Counted from the stretch's first letter, positions 51,224 to 61,602 are shown. The stretch: 64,000 bases of DNA from an uncultured Lamprocystis sp. (GCA_964470155.1 CAYYAY010000003.1:107677-171676); one strand, 5' to 3'. Program-made: numbers and translations. The notes: generated by a model not told the origin, from the sequence alone.

Positions 51224-52642
51224 CTATTTATGCGCAACGTCGAGTTTGTCGACCGTGTCGAACTCGAACTTGATTTCTTTCCAGGTCTCCATGGCGACCT
51301 TGAGTTCAGGGCTATGCTTCGCCGCCTTGGTCAGCACGTCCTTGCCCTCCTTCTCGATGGCGATGCCCTCGTTGCGAGCCTGCACACAGGCTTCCAGAGC
51401 GACCCGGTTGGCCGCGGCGCCGGCCGCGTTGCCCCAGGGGTGACCCAGGGTGCCGCCGCCGAACTGAAGGCAGGCGTCGTCGCCGAAGATGGTCACCAGC
51501 GCGGGCATGTGCCAGACGTGGATGCCGCCGGAGGCCACCGGGAAGACGCCGGGCATGGAGCCCCAGTCCTGATCGAAGAAGATGCCGCGGCTGCGGTCTT
51601 CCTTGATGAACTTGTCGCGCATGATGTCGATCCAGCCGAGGGTCGCCTCGCGATCCCCCTCCAGCTTGCCCACCACGGTGCCGGAGTGCAGGTGATCGCC
51701 CCCGGACAGGCGCAGAATCTTAGCCAGCACCCGGAAGTGAATGCCATGGTGCGGGTTGCGGTCGAGCACGGCGTGCATGGCGCGGTGGATGTGCAGCAGG
51801 ATGCCGTTATCACGACACCAGTTGGCCAGACCCGTGTTGGCGCAGAAGCCGCCGGTGATGTAGTCGTGCATGATGATGGGCGCGCCGATCTCCTTGGCGT
51901 GTTCGGCGCGCTTGTACATCTCTTCCGGGGTCGGCGCGGTGACGTTCAGATAGTGCCCCTTGCGTTCGCCGGTCTCGCGCTCGGCCTTGTCGATGGCGTC
52001 CATCACGAAATCGAAGCGTTGACGCCAGCGCATGAAAGGCTGTGAGTTGACGTTCTCGTCGTCCTTGGTCAGGTCTAGACCGCCACGCAGGCACTCGTAG
52101 ACCGCCCGCCCATAGTTCTTGGCGGACAGTCCGAGCTTGGGCTTGATGGTGCAACCCAGCAGCGGACGGCCGTACTTGTTGAGCATGTCGCGCTCGACCT
52201 GGATACCGTGGGGCGGGCCGCCGCAGGTCATGACATAAGCGATGGGGAAACGCACGTCTTCCAGGCGCAGGGCGCGGACGGCCTTGAAACCGAACACGTT
52301 ACCGACCAGTGAGGTGAACACGTTGACGACCGAGCCTTCCTCGAACAGGTCGATCGGGTAGGCGATGAACGCGTAGTAGCAGGAATCGTCGCCCGGCACG
52401 TCTTCGATGGCGTAAGCCCGACCCTTATAATAGTCCAGGTCGGTCAGCAGGTCGGTCCAGACAGTGGTCCAGGTGCCGGTCGACGACTCGGCGGCCACCG
52501 CGGCGGCGGCCTCCTCGCGGGGCACACCCGGCTGCGGGGTGATCTTGAAGCAGGCCAGGATATCGGTGTCCTTGGGGGTGTAGTCCGGCATCCAGTAGGT
52601 CTCGCGGTACTCTTTCACACCCGCGCTGTAACTCTTCGCCAT
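51224..52642 (-). CDS. cbbL: RuBisCO large subunit (form IA; cbbLS-cbbQO layout implies IAq)
   Basis: [39 protein letters not shown]. Confidence 0.99.
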   Translation of the reverse strand: MAKSYSAGVKEYRETYWMPDYTPKDTDILACFKITPQPGVPREEAAAAVAAESSTGTWTTVWTDLLTDLDYYKGRAYAIEDVPGDDSCYYAFIAYPIDLFEEGSVVNVFTSLVGNVFGFKAVRALRLEDVRFPIAYVMTCGGPPHGIQVERDMLNKYGRPLLGCTIKPKLGLSAKNYGRAVYECLRGGLDLTKDDENVNSQPFMRWRQRFDFVMDAIDKAERETGERKGHYLNVTAPTPEEMYKRAEHAKEIGAPIIMHDYITGGFCANTGLANWCRDNGILLHIHRAMHAVLDRNPHHGIHFRVLAKILRLSGGDHLHSGTVVGKLEGDREATLGWIDIMRDKFIKEDRSRGIFFDQDWGSMPGVFPVASGGIHVWHMPALVTIFGDDACLQFGGGTLGHPWGNAAGAAANRVALEACVQARNEGIAIEKEGKDVLTKAAKHSPELKVAMETWKEIKFEFDTVDKLDVAHK

Positions 52643-52764
52643 GTTCAGTCCTCGTGGAACGTCATCTTAAAGTGGAAGCAGCCGCCCCGTGGGTCGACCA
52701 CCGTCTGCAAACCGACAAGGGTTGCCGGAAATAACCAAGCAATCTTGTCTGAGGACTAGTTTAG

Positions 52765-52825
52765 CGATCCAATAAATAAAGAAAACTCAATATTTTTGAT
52801 ATCCACCATATAAAAAAGCTTATAG
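52765..52825 (-). promoter_or_regulatory. AT-rich cbbL upstream region with palindrome (possible LysR/CbbR operator)
   Basis: Strongly AT-rich stretch containing TATAA-N6-TTATA, about 170 bp upstream of cbbL. Confidence 0.4.
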
Positions 52826-52867
52826 ATGGCCAGGATGTTGCCCGGGCCCGCTCGGTCACCGGCTCGA

Positions 52868-53932
52868 TCAATTCAGAGCGTCCAACGACACCGCATACAC
52901 CGGATCGGCACGGAAGGGCTCCGGCGCTGCCGGATCAACCGTAATCCAAACACCGCCAACCACGGGCGATCCGGGCACCTCGATCCGCACCAGGCGTGCG
53001 AAAGGCGTACCGCGCACCGGGTCGATCAGCGGCCGGTCGTGCCGAAACCGGTGGGTGTCGCCATGCAGCACCAGCACCGGACCGGCGAAACGTGCCATCG
53101 CGGCGACGAGTTGCTGTTTGAAACCCCGAAAGCCCGGCGGCCCCTGCCCCCGATCGAACAGCGGATTCGCCTGAATCATCAGCACCAAGGCCCGAACATT
53201 GCTGACCTTGGCGGACGCCAGAGCCCGGTTCAGGAAAGCCGTGTTCGCAGCCGCACGCGCCGCGAACTCGGCCGCGGCGGCGGGATCACTGTCGCTAAAT
53301 CCGTTATTACTACCAACAATGTGTAACGAGATAAAGGCGATCGCGTCGATCTGAAAGGCGTAGATTTCCGGAAACGTGGCCGCTGCCGGGACCGCGCCCA
53401 AGGCGGCCAGCCGCAGTACTGTCGGATCATCGAAGAACACCTCACGAACCCGCGCCAGCCGCACCCGCGGATCCAGCCCCCCGGCCGCGGGACGGTGACA
53501 ATCGGTCCACTCGTTATCTCCGGGCGTGTAGGCGACCGGAACCGGCAGCGCACGGAAGATCCCGGCGATCTCGTGCAGGTTGGCGTCGGTACAAGGGGTG
53601 CCGCCCGCTTTGATGTCACCGACATGGACAATGAAGGGCGGATGCCGGGCCGCGGCAGCGTTCAGAAGTGCCCGCAGGGGGGTGACCTCCGATTGGCCAT
53701 AGGGCAAATCGCCGACGGCAAAGAACCGCACCGGCGGCGGTCCGCCGGGTACGCCGGCGCTTGATCCGCTCGCGGCGCCCTCGCCGTCCGCCGTCGCGAG
53801 GCCGGCAAGCAACAGGATACCGATCACCGCGACGCGAGCGGCGGCGCCAAGACCCCTGGAACGCGGCCTGCTGCGCCCACGCGACTGGCGGCGAACGACA
53901 CTGTTCAGGATAAACCAAAGCGGTCGGCACAT
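52868..53932 (-). CDS. Exported calcineurin-like metallophosphoesterase
   Basis: FAVGDLPY, VHVGDI, PGDNEWTDC, LHGDTH; hydrophobic leader; start uncertain (ORF open to 54079). Confidence 0.8.
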   Translation of the reverse strand: MCRPLWFILNSVVRRQSRGRSRPRSRGLGAAARVAVIGILLLAGLATADGEGAASGSSAGVPGGPPPVRFFAVGDLPYGQSEVTPLRALLNAAAARHPPFIVHVGDIKAGGTPCTDANLHEIAGIFRALPVPVAYTPGDNEWTDCHRPAAGGLDPRVRLARVREVFFDDPTVLRLAALGAVPAAATFPEIYAFQIDAIAFISLHIVGSNNGFSDSDPAAAAEFAARAAANTAFLNRALASAKVSNVRALVLMIQANPLFDRGQGPPGFRGFKQQLVAAMARFAGPVLVLHGDTHRFRHDRPLIDPVRGTPFARLVRIEVPGSPVVGGVWITVDPAAPEPFRADPVYAVSLDALN

Positions 53933-54111
53933 CGGATTGGTAGCCCATGGCGGGACGATCGTGGTCGGGGAGTTGCCCGAGAGGCCCCGGGAGGCACCTG
54001 CCGCGCGCATCATGCCCGGACCTGTCGTAAGGGGCAAATCCCGAGTGACTGAGACCAGTCGTCGGGCCAAGCAACGCATCGGCAGGCACCGCGGCCGCGA
54101 TCCCGGCTAGA

Positions 54112-55110
54112 ATGACCAGTATGAACGACTTGAATCCCACACCGTACGCCGACCTCAGTCCGGATCTGATCCTGGATGCCGTGGAGTCCATCGGTCTGCC
54201 AACCGACGGCCACTTACTGGCGCTCAACAGCTATGAGAACCGGGTCTATCAGGTCGGCATTGACGAGGCCGAGCCGGTAATCGCCAAGTTCTACCGACCC
54301 GGTCGCTGGAGCGACGCCGCCATCCTGGAGGAGCACGCCTTCACCCTGGATCTGGCCGACGCGGAAATCCCGGCAGTCCCGCCCTTCGCGACCCTGGGCC
54401 GGACCCTGCACGCGCATCGCGGCTACCGCTTCAGTTTGAGCCCGCGCTCCGGCGGCCGCTCACCGGAACTGGACGACGCGCGGGTGCTGGAGTGGATCGG
54501 CCGCCTGATCGGCCGCATCCACGCCATCGGCGCCATTCGTCCCTTTGCGCATCGCCCGTGCTTGGATATCGCCTCCTTCGGCACCGGCCCGCGCGATCTG
54601 CTGCTCGCCGGCGGCTGGATCCCGCGCGACCTGCTTCCGGCCTATGAATCCGTCGTCGCGATGGCACTGGTCGGCGTGCACGCCTGCTTCGCGCGCGCGG
54701 GCGACTTCGCCATGATCCGGCTGCACGGCGACTGTCACCGCGGCAATCTGCTGTGGACCGACGCCGGTCCGCACTTCGTCGATTTCGACGATGCCCGCAT
54801 GGGACCCGCGGTGCAGGACCTGTGGATGCTGCTCTCCGGAGACCGCGCCGACCTGAGCCGCCAATTGGCGGACGTGCTGGCCGGCTACGAGGACTTTCAG
54901 GAGTTCGACCATCGCGAACTGCACCTGATCGAGGCCCTGCGCACCCTGCGCCAGATCCACTATGCCGCCTGGCTCGCCACCCGCTGGGAAGACCCCGCCT
55001 TCCCCGCCGCCTTTCCCTGGTTCAACACCCAGCACTACTGGCAGGATCACATCCTGGCCCTGCGTGAGCAGATCGCCGCGATGGAGGAAGGTCCGCTGTG
55101 GTCGGCCTGA
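54112..55110 (+). CDS. srkA: Stress response Ser/Thr kinase SrkA (RdoA/YihE)
   Basis: ALNSYENRVYQ, AKFYRPGRWS, RLHGDCHRGN, VDFDD, AFPWF. Confidence 0.95.
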   Translation: MTSMNDLNPTPYADLSPDLILDAVESIGLPTDGHLLALNSYENRVYQVGIDEAEPVIAKFYRPGRWSDAAILEEHAFTLDLADAEIPAVPPFATLGRTLHAHRGYRFSLSPRSGGRSPELDDARVLEWIGRLIGRIHAIGAIRPFAHRPCLDIASFGTGPRDLLLAGGWIPRDLLPAYESVVAMALVGVHACFARAGDFAMIRLHGDCHRGNLLWTDAGPHFVDFDDARMGPAVQDLWMLLSGDRADLSRQLADVLAGYEDFQEFDHRELHLIEALRTLRQIHYAAWLATRWEDPAFPAAFPWFNTQHYWQDHILALREQIAAMEEGPLWSA

Positions 55111-55162
55111 GCATCCTCAGATCGGCATGCCCCGAATGAACGAAACGGATGCGCAATGACTC

Positions 55163-56170
55163 ATGGCAAGACCATCAAGTACCGGTAATGTTCGCGATCT
55201 TTTCACCGACATTTCTACCATCTCATTCAGGGAACAGTTGATTGAGCGGCAAAACTCACTGTGGAATTCGCTGCGTCTTGCGGGAAAGCATCCGCGCAGC
55301 CACCTGTCTCCCCGCACCACCTATGTCCTCGCGGACGCCATCGAATGGCTCTCCGTGCTTCCGGAAAACACCTTACATGCCGTCGTGACCGATCCGCCTT
55401 ACGGTCTGATTGAATATAGTCGCAAGCACCACGACAAACTCAAGAGCGGCAGCGGCGGGATATGGCGCATTCCACCCTCATTCGATGGCGCCAAGCGCAG
55501 ACCCTTGCCAAGGTTTACTGTTCTTTCGCCGGATGAGGTCGTCGGTCTCGATCGTTTTTTTGGCAATCTGGCTGACGCCCTGCTGCGAGTATTGGTGCCG
55601 GGCGGGCATCTGCTGATTGCCTCCAATCCGCTGCTCTCGACCCTGACCTTTCATGCCATACAGCGCTCGGGGTTTGAAAAACGTGGAGAGATCATCCGCC
55701 TGGTACAGACACTGCGGGGCGGTGATCGCCCGAAAGGCGCCGAGGAGGAGTTCCCCGAGGTCTGTATGATGGCCCGCTCCTGCTGGGAACCCTGGGGTGT
55801 TTTCCGCAAACCATTCTCGGCTACCGCCGCCGAAAATCTGCGACAGTGGGGTGCCGGGGGACTGCGGCGGATTTCCGGGGACGAGCCGTTCAAAGACGTG
55901 ATCGTCTGCTCACCCACGCGCGGACGCGAGCGCGAAATCGCGCCGCACCCGTCGCTGAAGCCGCAGCGATTCATGCGGCAGGTGGTCCGGGCCGCCCTCC
56001 CGCTAGGCGTCGGCATTGTCTACGACCCGTTTGCCGGGAGCGGCTCAACACTCGCGGCGGCCGAGGCACTCGGCTACATCGCGATCGGCACGGATCGCGA
56101 CGATAACTATTACGCCCTGGCCCGGAAGGCATTCGGACCACTCTCCTCTTTATCGGTTGGCGAATCATGA
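55163..56170 (+). CDS. Beta-class N6A/N4C DNA methyltransferase
   Basis: VVTDPPYG, HPSLKP, YDPFAGSGST. Confidence 0.88.
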   Translation: MARPSSTGNVRDLFTDISTISFREQLIERQNSLWNSLRLAGKHPRSHLSPRTTYVLADAIEWLSVLPENTLHAVVTDPPYGLIEYSRKHHDKLKSGSGGIWRIPPSFDGAKRRPLPRFTVLSPDEVVGLDRFFGNLADALLRVLVPGGHLLIASNPLLSTLTFHAIQRSGFEKRGEIIRLVQTLRGGDRPKGAEEEFPEVCMMARSCWEPWGVFRKPFSATAAENLRQWGAGGLRRISGDEPFKDVIVCSPTRGREREIAPHPSLKPQRFMRQVVRAALPLGVGIVYDPFAGSGSTLAAAEALGYIAIGTDRDDNYYALARKAFGPLSSLSVGES

Positions 56171-57174
56171 CTCCGGAATGCTTGTACGATGAATTCGTCG
56201 TAGGTTTCCCGGCCCGCCGCTTTTCCGCCGGTCTGCTGCTGGCGTTCATCGACCTCTACACTGAACTGGAGATCCCGGATTCAGAGGTTTCCAGCTATGC
56301 CGCGATCATCGAAAAGTTCCCGCGTCAAACCACAACCGGCGCCGGTAAACGCGCCAATACGCTCATTCTCACGAGACCCGACGGCAAGTCGCTGAGTTTA
56401 CGTCCTTTCTACAACCGTGCCGAACGGTTTTTTCGCGCGGAGCATAAGCGATTCGATTATCCATCCTGTGCACCGCATGCGACCCAGGCGTGGGCGGACT
56501 ATATTCCATGGTTGGACGCCTTGGCGACCTATAGCCGAACGGAATTGGCCGTGCTTCGTGAACAGGTTGCCAACCACGTATTGACGACACTCAAGAGCCA
56601 GGCCTTCGACCCGGCATCGATCCGGATCGATCCGCCGCTGTTCCGTTTGGTTCTGGAAGGTTTCGATATCACCGCGCGCAAAGGTGAGCCGACCGGGGCC
56701 TCGTACCAAGGCATTGTATTCGGATTTCTGCGTGCGGATAATCCGCACCTGCAAATCGAGATCGACAAAGTCAGAACCGGCTCAAAACGACTGCAACGCG
56801 TCGGTGACATCGACGGTTGGGAGGGATCACGATTGGCGATCTCGGCCGAGGTGAAACAATTTGAGATCAAGGAAGAGGATATACCAGATTTAGAGGGCTT
56901 CGCCAATGAAGTGGGCAGACGCGGAACCCTGGGTCTAATCGTTGCTTTAGGTTTCCATGATGGTGTTCGCGACCGGTTGGAAAGCATCGGACTCAAACCC
57001 TTGGACCTGGATCAGCTGGCAGGTATCGTCGAGCTTTGGGATCCACTCAAGCAGCGTACGGCGGTTGCATCGCTGGTTTACTACGCCCATCATGTCGAGA
57101 AGAACTCGTCGTTGTCTGAGCGCATCGATACCTTCTTGAAGACAGCCAGCGGGAGCAGTCTGCTCGCAACGTGA
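56167..57174 (+). CDS. Putative PD-(D/E)xK restriction endonuclease
   Basis: ATGA overlap with the MTase; RVGDIDGW...AISAEVKQ motif. Confidence 0.6.
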   Translation: MTPECLYDEFVVGFPARRFSAGLLLAFIDLYTELEIPDSEVSSYAAIIEKFPRQTTTGAGKRANTLILTRPDGKSLSLRPFYNRAERFFRAEHKRFDYPSCAPHATQAWADYIPWLDALATYSRTELAVLREQVANHVLTTLKSQAFDPASIRIDPPLFRLVLEGFDITARKGEPTGASYQGIVFGFLRADNPHLQIEIDKVRTGSKRLQRVGDIDGWEGSRLAISAEVKQFEIKEEDIPDLEGFANEVGRRGTLGLIVALGFHDGVRDRLESIGLKPLDLDQLAGIVELWDPLKQRTAVASLVYYAHHVEKNSSLSERIDTFLKTASGSSLLAT

Positions 57175-57212
57175 CGAAATGCCACCGCATCGCCGTCTTC
57201 GCCATGACGCGA

Positions 57213-58211
57213 TCAAGTCTCGCAACGCGCCCGCAACTGCCCGCAACCGCCGTCGATCGACTGTCCGACCGAGTTGCGCAGGCGGGTGACGATTCCGGCT
57301 TGCTGTAACCGGGCGGCCATCGCCGACGCGTGTTCCCATGAGGGTCGACTGAAACCAAGTCCCTCGTTCGCGTTATACGGGATGAAGTTCATCATCGCGT
57401 ATTTCCCGGCGAGGAGCCTGATGATGCCGTGCAGTTCATCGTCACCGTCGTTGACGCCGGCGAGCAAGGTCCACTGATACTGGATCGGACAGCCGGTCGC
57501 GCGGGCGTAGCGCTCGGCCAGCTCGACCAGTGCTTGCGGATCGATCAACGGTGCTTTGGGCAACAGCCGGGCACGCAGCTCCGCGCGCGTGCTGTGCAGT
57601 GACAGGGCCAACGCCGGCTTCACCGGGCCTTGCGGCAGACGCGCGAAGACGCGCCGGTCGCCGACCGTGGAAAAGACCAGATGTTTGTGTCCGATCGCCC
57701 CGACGGTGCCGAGCAGTTCGATGGCGTCGAGCACGTTGTCGAGGTTATGCGCCGGTTCACCCATCCCCATGAATAACACCCGCTCGACCGGACGGCGCGT
57801 GCGGGCGAGCGCTACCTGGGCGACGATCTCGGCGCTGCCGAGTTGGCGCAGCAGGCCGGAGCGCCCGGTCATGCAAAAGCGGCAACCGACCGCGCAACCG
57901 ACCTGGGTGGACACGCACAGGCCATTGCGCGGCAACAGGACACTCTCGACCAACTGACCGTCGGCCAACGCGACCAGCAGCCGGGCGGATCCGTCGGCAG
58001 CGGGATGCTCGGACCGCAGCCGTGCCAAACCCTGCAATTCGCCCATCAAGGCCGGCAGCATCGCGCGCACCCGCAGCGGCAGGAAGTCTTGGGCGCGACG
58101 GTGGCGGGTGTCCACGGACAGGTCGCGCGCCCAGGCCTGCAACACACGTTGTTCGTGACAGTGCTTCGCGCCCTGGACGCGCAGACGCTGACGAATGGAG
58201 TCGATATGCAA
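57213..58211 (-). CDS. RlmN/Cfr-family radical SAM RNA methyltransferase (short paralog)
   Basis: STQVGCAVGCRFC, MGMGEP, FSTVG, LALSLH, IDGGCGQL. Confidence 0.9.
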   Translation of the reverse strand: MHIDSIRQRLRVQGAKHCHEQRVLQAWARDLSVDTRHRRAQDFLPLRVRAMLPALMGELQGLARLRSEHPAADGSARLLVALADGQLVESVLLPRNGLCVSTQVGCAVGCRFCMTGRSGLLRQLGSAEIVAQVALARTRRPVERVLFMGMGEPAHNLDNVLDAIELLGTVGAIGHKHLVFSTVGDRRVFARLPQGPVKPALALSLHSTRAELRARLLPKAPLIDPQALVELAERYARATGCPIQYQWTLLAGVNDGDDELHGIIRLLAGKYAMMNFIPYNANEGLGFSRPSWEHASAMAARLQQAGIVTRLRNSVGQSIDGGCGQLRARCET

Positions 58212-58242
58212 GGGAGCACCTTTGGCGTCTCGGTCGTCATCT

Positions 58243-58863
58243 TTAACTTATTCTTGACTCGTTACTCAGAGTCAACACCACTCCACCTTGACCGCCGCGC
58301 TGCTTGAGCACCGTCACCCGCCAGCCGTCGGCGATCCGCTCGACTTGAAGGCGCAGCGGAGCAGGCGAGGGACTACGACAGGCCGCCACATCGCGAAACA
58401 GGAAAGCCAGTGCGCCGCCGGTCTCAGCGGCCAATTGGAGCCGCCGCAGCCGCGTATGATCCCAAGGCCCGCCACCCCACAGCAGCACCGCCGCACAGGC
58501 ACCGGAGCGTAATCCCTGCTCGGCGGCCCAGGTGCACCGCGTACCGGCGTTGACGACCATCAGCCGTTCGAGCATCAGACCGTGGGCGGCCAGGGCCGGC
58601 GCGAAAGGTTGCCAGGGCGGGTCCACCAGCAGCAGCCAGCGCGGCTCGGCACTGAGCCGCGCCAGGGCCGGCAGGACCAGCCCGAATCCGTCGCCCATCC
58701 GCGCACCGAGCAATTCGCTCAGACTACCGGACGGCCAACCGCCCCAGACCAGATCCCGATCCAGTGCCGCACACTCGGTAGGCACTCCGGCCGGGACCCG
58801 CCCCAACGCCACCCGGCCGCGCCACAAATCGGGGTGCCGATCGAGGATCTGTTGGATAGACAT
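58243..58863 (-). CDS. imuA: Translesion synthesis accessory protein ImuA
   Basis: HPDLWRG, ALDRDL..GGWPSGSLSELL, WAAEQGLRSG, LRRLQLAAE, SPAPLRL. Confidence 0.85.
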   Translation of the reverse strand: MSIQQILDRHPDLWRGRVALGRVPAGVPTECAALDRDLVWGGWPSGSLSELLGARMGDGFGLVLPALARLSAEPRWLLLVDPPWQPFAPALAAHGLMLERLMVVNAGTRCTWAAEQGLRSGACAAVLLWGGGPWDHTRLRRLQLAAETGGALAFLFRDVAACRSPSPAPLRLQVERIADGWRVTVLKQRGGQGGVVLTLSNESRIS

Positions 58864-58902
58864 GGCGGCGGGATTCTGCGTCAAAAAGCCTGAAACAAAT
58901 AA

Positions 58903-59592
58903 TTAACCGTCGGTCTGAGGGTCGATCGACAGCGGCGCGGCCAACCCCAGGCGCAGCACGCCCACGGCGATGCCTTCAATGACCAGCTCCTGCTCCCGCA
59001 GATCCACCACGATGGGCGGAAACGCCGGATGCTCCGCCAGGAGTTGCACGCGATGGACCCAGCGGGCATGGCGGCGCAGCCGCTTGACCGTCACCTCATC
59101 AGCAAGCCGCGCGACGACGATCTGACCATTCTGCGCCTCCGCAGAGGCATGCACAGCGAGCAAATCACCATCTAGGATGCCTACGTCGCGCATGCTGCTG
59201 CCGCGCACCCGCAGTAAGTAGTCCGCACGCGGACGGAACAGATCGGGGCTGATCCGATGACGGTCCTCGACATGTTCCGCGGCCAGAATCGGGCTGCCGG
59301 CGGCCACCCTGCCGATCACCGGCAGATCCGCCGCCGCGCCGGGGCGCGGATCCGCAGTCGCGCCCTCGACCGTCCCATCCGCAATCAATCGAATCCCCCG
59401 CGAGCGCCCACGCGTGAGTTCGATGACACCATGCCGAGCCAGGGCGCGCAGGTGGTCCTCCGCGGCATTGACGGAGCGGAATCCCAGGATGCGGGCGATC
59501 TCGGCCCGGGTCGGCGGCACGCCGGTCACGCGAATGTGACGCTGGATCAGATCCAGTATCTGGCGCTGACGATCGGTGAGTTGGTCAGTCAC
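58903..59592 (-). CDS. lexA: LexA repressor
   Basis: GTG start with GGAGG RBS; [23 protein letters not shown], cleavage site VAAGSP, catalytic GSSM and VTVKR. Confidence 0.95.
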   Translation of the reverse strand: MTDQLTDRQRQILDLIQRHIRVTGVPPTRAEIARILGFRSVNAAEDHLRALARHGVIELTRGRSRGIRLIADGTVEGATADPRPGAAADLPVIGRVAAGSPILAAEHVEDRHRISPDLFRPRADYLLRVRGSSMRDVGILDGDLLAVHASAEAQNGQIVVARLADEVTVKRLRRHARWVHRVQLLAEHPAFPPIVVDLREQELVIEGIAVGVLRLGLAAPLSIDPQTDG

Positions 59593-59635
59593 TGTGCTTG
59601 GCCTCCGATGGCGCGTTCGACCCGATAGGAACAAC

Positions 59636-60628
59636 TCATGTTTGCCATTGCCGGATCTCGCGACTTTTTGCAACATACTGTCTGGCTGGATAATCGCGCT
59701 TATCCGCCGGCAGGACGATCGCACTTTTGATGCCTTCGCGAAATGCTGCCAAGCCACCCCCCAAACCGCTTTCGCTGAGCCGCATGATCGCAGTAGCGCT
59801 GACTTCAATGCGATACGCTTCATCGAAGCTGATCAGATTCTGATCGTAAGCGCGGTGGTGCAACGCGCACAAAGCGACACCGTTGCGCGTTTCGTCCGTA
59901 CTTGAGTCTGCCGCTACCGGAATGATATGGGCGGCTTCAACCAACCTTAGCTGTACACCGCAAAAAGCACAGGTTGCTGCATAAGCGGATACAACACGAC
60001 GGCGAAAATCATACTCACGATACTTTTTTCTAAGAGTGGCGATGACCTCGCGCCGTTCGAAACTGGCGATCCTGGCCTCAACGTCACGCTCATTCAACGT
60101 ATCGATCGTATTCAACATCCCTAAAGCTTCATCATCAGCCGTAAAACCGTGAAGCGTTGCCAGATTCGTACAATATTCAACCAGGAATTCCGGACGGAAA
60201 CAGACCGCAATTTCCCCATTTGCTCGATCATATGCGGAGAATGCTCTGTTGTGCGCATTGAGCAACGCTGCCTCCTTGACTTGAATGGAGGGGGAAGCTG
60301 ATGCTTGGCCATCATGTCGACGCATGTCGAACCCGACGAAGACACCGTAACCCTCATGCCAACCAAGTAATAAGGTTATCTCTCCCCGTTCAGATTTCGG
60401 GACCGTACCCGTGAGCTGCACTCGAAACTCGTCAGCGGGACGATTCCTTCCGCCTGGTGTACAATTCCAAATATAAATGCGAAGACTGATAAAATCGGCA
60501 TCTTCACGCCTGAATAAGCGCAAACCGAACGGGTGTGATCGATCAACGACAAGCGCCTGCCAACCACTGGCGTCGACCCCAAAAATGACCCGCTTCAACA
60601 GGTCTTGCTTGCGCAGAGGCGCGCTCAT
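59636..60628 (-). CDS. HNH endonuclease with uncharacterised N-terminal domain
   Basis: C-terminal CAFCG...EAAHIIP...[14 protein letters not shown]; 4-bp overlap with the upstream MTase; lower GC than the host genes. Confidence 0.85.
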   Translation of the reverse strand: MSAPLRKQDLLKRVIFGVDASGWQALVVDRSHPFGLRLFRREDADFISLRIYIWNCTPGGRNRPADEFRVQLTGTVPKSERGEITLLLGWHEGYGVFVGFDMRRHDGQASASPSIQVKEAALLNAHNRAFSAYDRANGEIAVCFRPEFLVEYCTNLATLHGFTADDEALGMLNTIDTLNERDVEARIASFERREVIATLRKKYREYDFRRRVVSAYAATCAFCGVQLRLVEAAHIIPVAADSSTDETRNGVALCALHHRAYDQNLISFDEAYRIEVSATAIMRLSESGLGGGLAAFREGIKSAIVLPADKRDYPARQYVAKSREIRQWQT

Positions 60629-61602
60629 TTCTTATCCGGAAACAGGGGCATCTGAAGGTTCTCTTTTTCCACCGAACGCGTCGCCCGCTTGACTACCTTA
60701 ACCGGTAGATCCTTGTCCATAAAACGAAATTTACTGCCCCGCAGGTACTCTTCGGAAAGTTCGGTCGCCAGCCACCGGCGCGCCAATTTCTCGGCAACGA
60801 ATCCGGTGGTATTGGAGCCGGCGAAGATGTCGTATACCAAGGCGCCCTCATCGGTCAGAAACTTGATAAAGAACTCGGCGAACTGCGGTGGAAAGCGCGC
60901 CGGATGAACCTTGATGCCATATTCGCGGCACAGTTGCTGGTAGCGGCCGTTACTGTCGGTATTGGCCAGTTCAAGCAGGTTCGGAGGGATCGCGCCGCCG
61001 TTGTCGCGCGAAAATTTTTCCGAGATGTCGTGTCCGCTCGGCCGCAGCTTCGCCTTGTAGCCATTCTTCAACAGGCTTTGCATACTGTCGCTGTAAGGCC
61101 GCAACACCTGTCGGTTATCGGCCTTGGGATTCGGTGTCTTGGACAACCACCAGACAACATTCACCGAATCCTTGACCCGCACACGACGCACATTGACCCA
61201 CTCGGCCGGCGCCGGCAGACGCGCCGGATTGTAGTGATAAAACTCCTGCGCCAGATAAAATCCAGTCTCCTTGACCAGCCGCACCAGTAACTCGAACTGG
61301 TAAATGGAGCGTATGGGGAACCCCGGTTTGTAGGCCCCGCCCAGATCAAGAACGAAGGAACCATCATCCTTGAGAATCCGGTACAAATGCGGGGCGAAGG
61401 ACATGAACCAGTCGCAGTATTTGTCTTCTTCCTCATTGCCGTACTCTTTCTTGCGTTTGAGCGCAAAGGGCGGCGAGGTGAGGATCAGGTCCACTGACGC
61501 ATCACGCAGAAAAGGCAAAAACTCCAGGGTATCGCACAGAAAGGCTTCTCCCAGGGCACTGGTATAGTAGGGATAATATGGCGAATTCCGTTTAAGATAC
61601 AT
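60625..61602 (-). CDS. M.PvuII-like N4-cytosine DNA methyltransferase
   Basis: LILTSPPFAL.RKKEYGN, DLGGAY, NPARLPAPAEWVN, RPSGHDI..FS.DNGGAIPPNLL, HPARFP, DIFAGSNTTG track M.PvuII closely (from recall of that sequence). Confidence 0.9.
   Translation of the reverse strand: MYLKRNSPYYPYYTSALGEAFLCDTLEFLPFLRDASVDLILTSPPFALKRKKEYGNEEEDKYCDWFMSFAPHLYRILKDDGSFVLDLGGAYKPGFPIRSIYQFELLVRLVKETGFYLAQEFYHYNPARLPAPAEWVNVRRVRVKDSVNVVWWLSKTPNPKADNRQVLRPYSDSMQSLLKNGYKAKLRPSGHDISEKFSRDNGGAIPPNLLELANTDSNGRYQQLCREYGIKVHPARFPPQFAEFFIKFLTDEGALVYDIFAGSNTTGFVAEKLARRWLATELSEEYLRGSKFRFMDKDLPVKVVKRATRSVEKENLQMPLFPDKK

Noticed and set aside
59676-59693. TACTGTCTGGCTGGATAA as a LexA box
   Set aside because: Only the left half matches CTGT-N8-ACAG.
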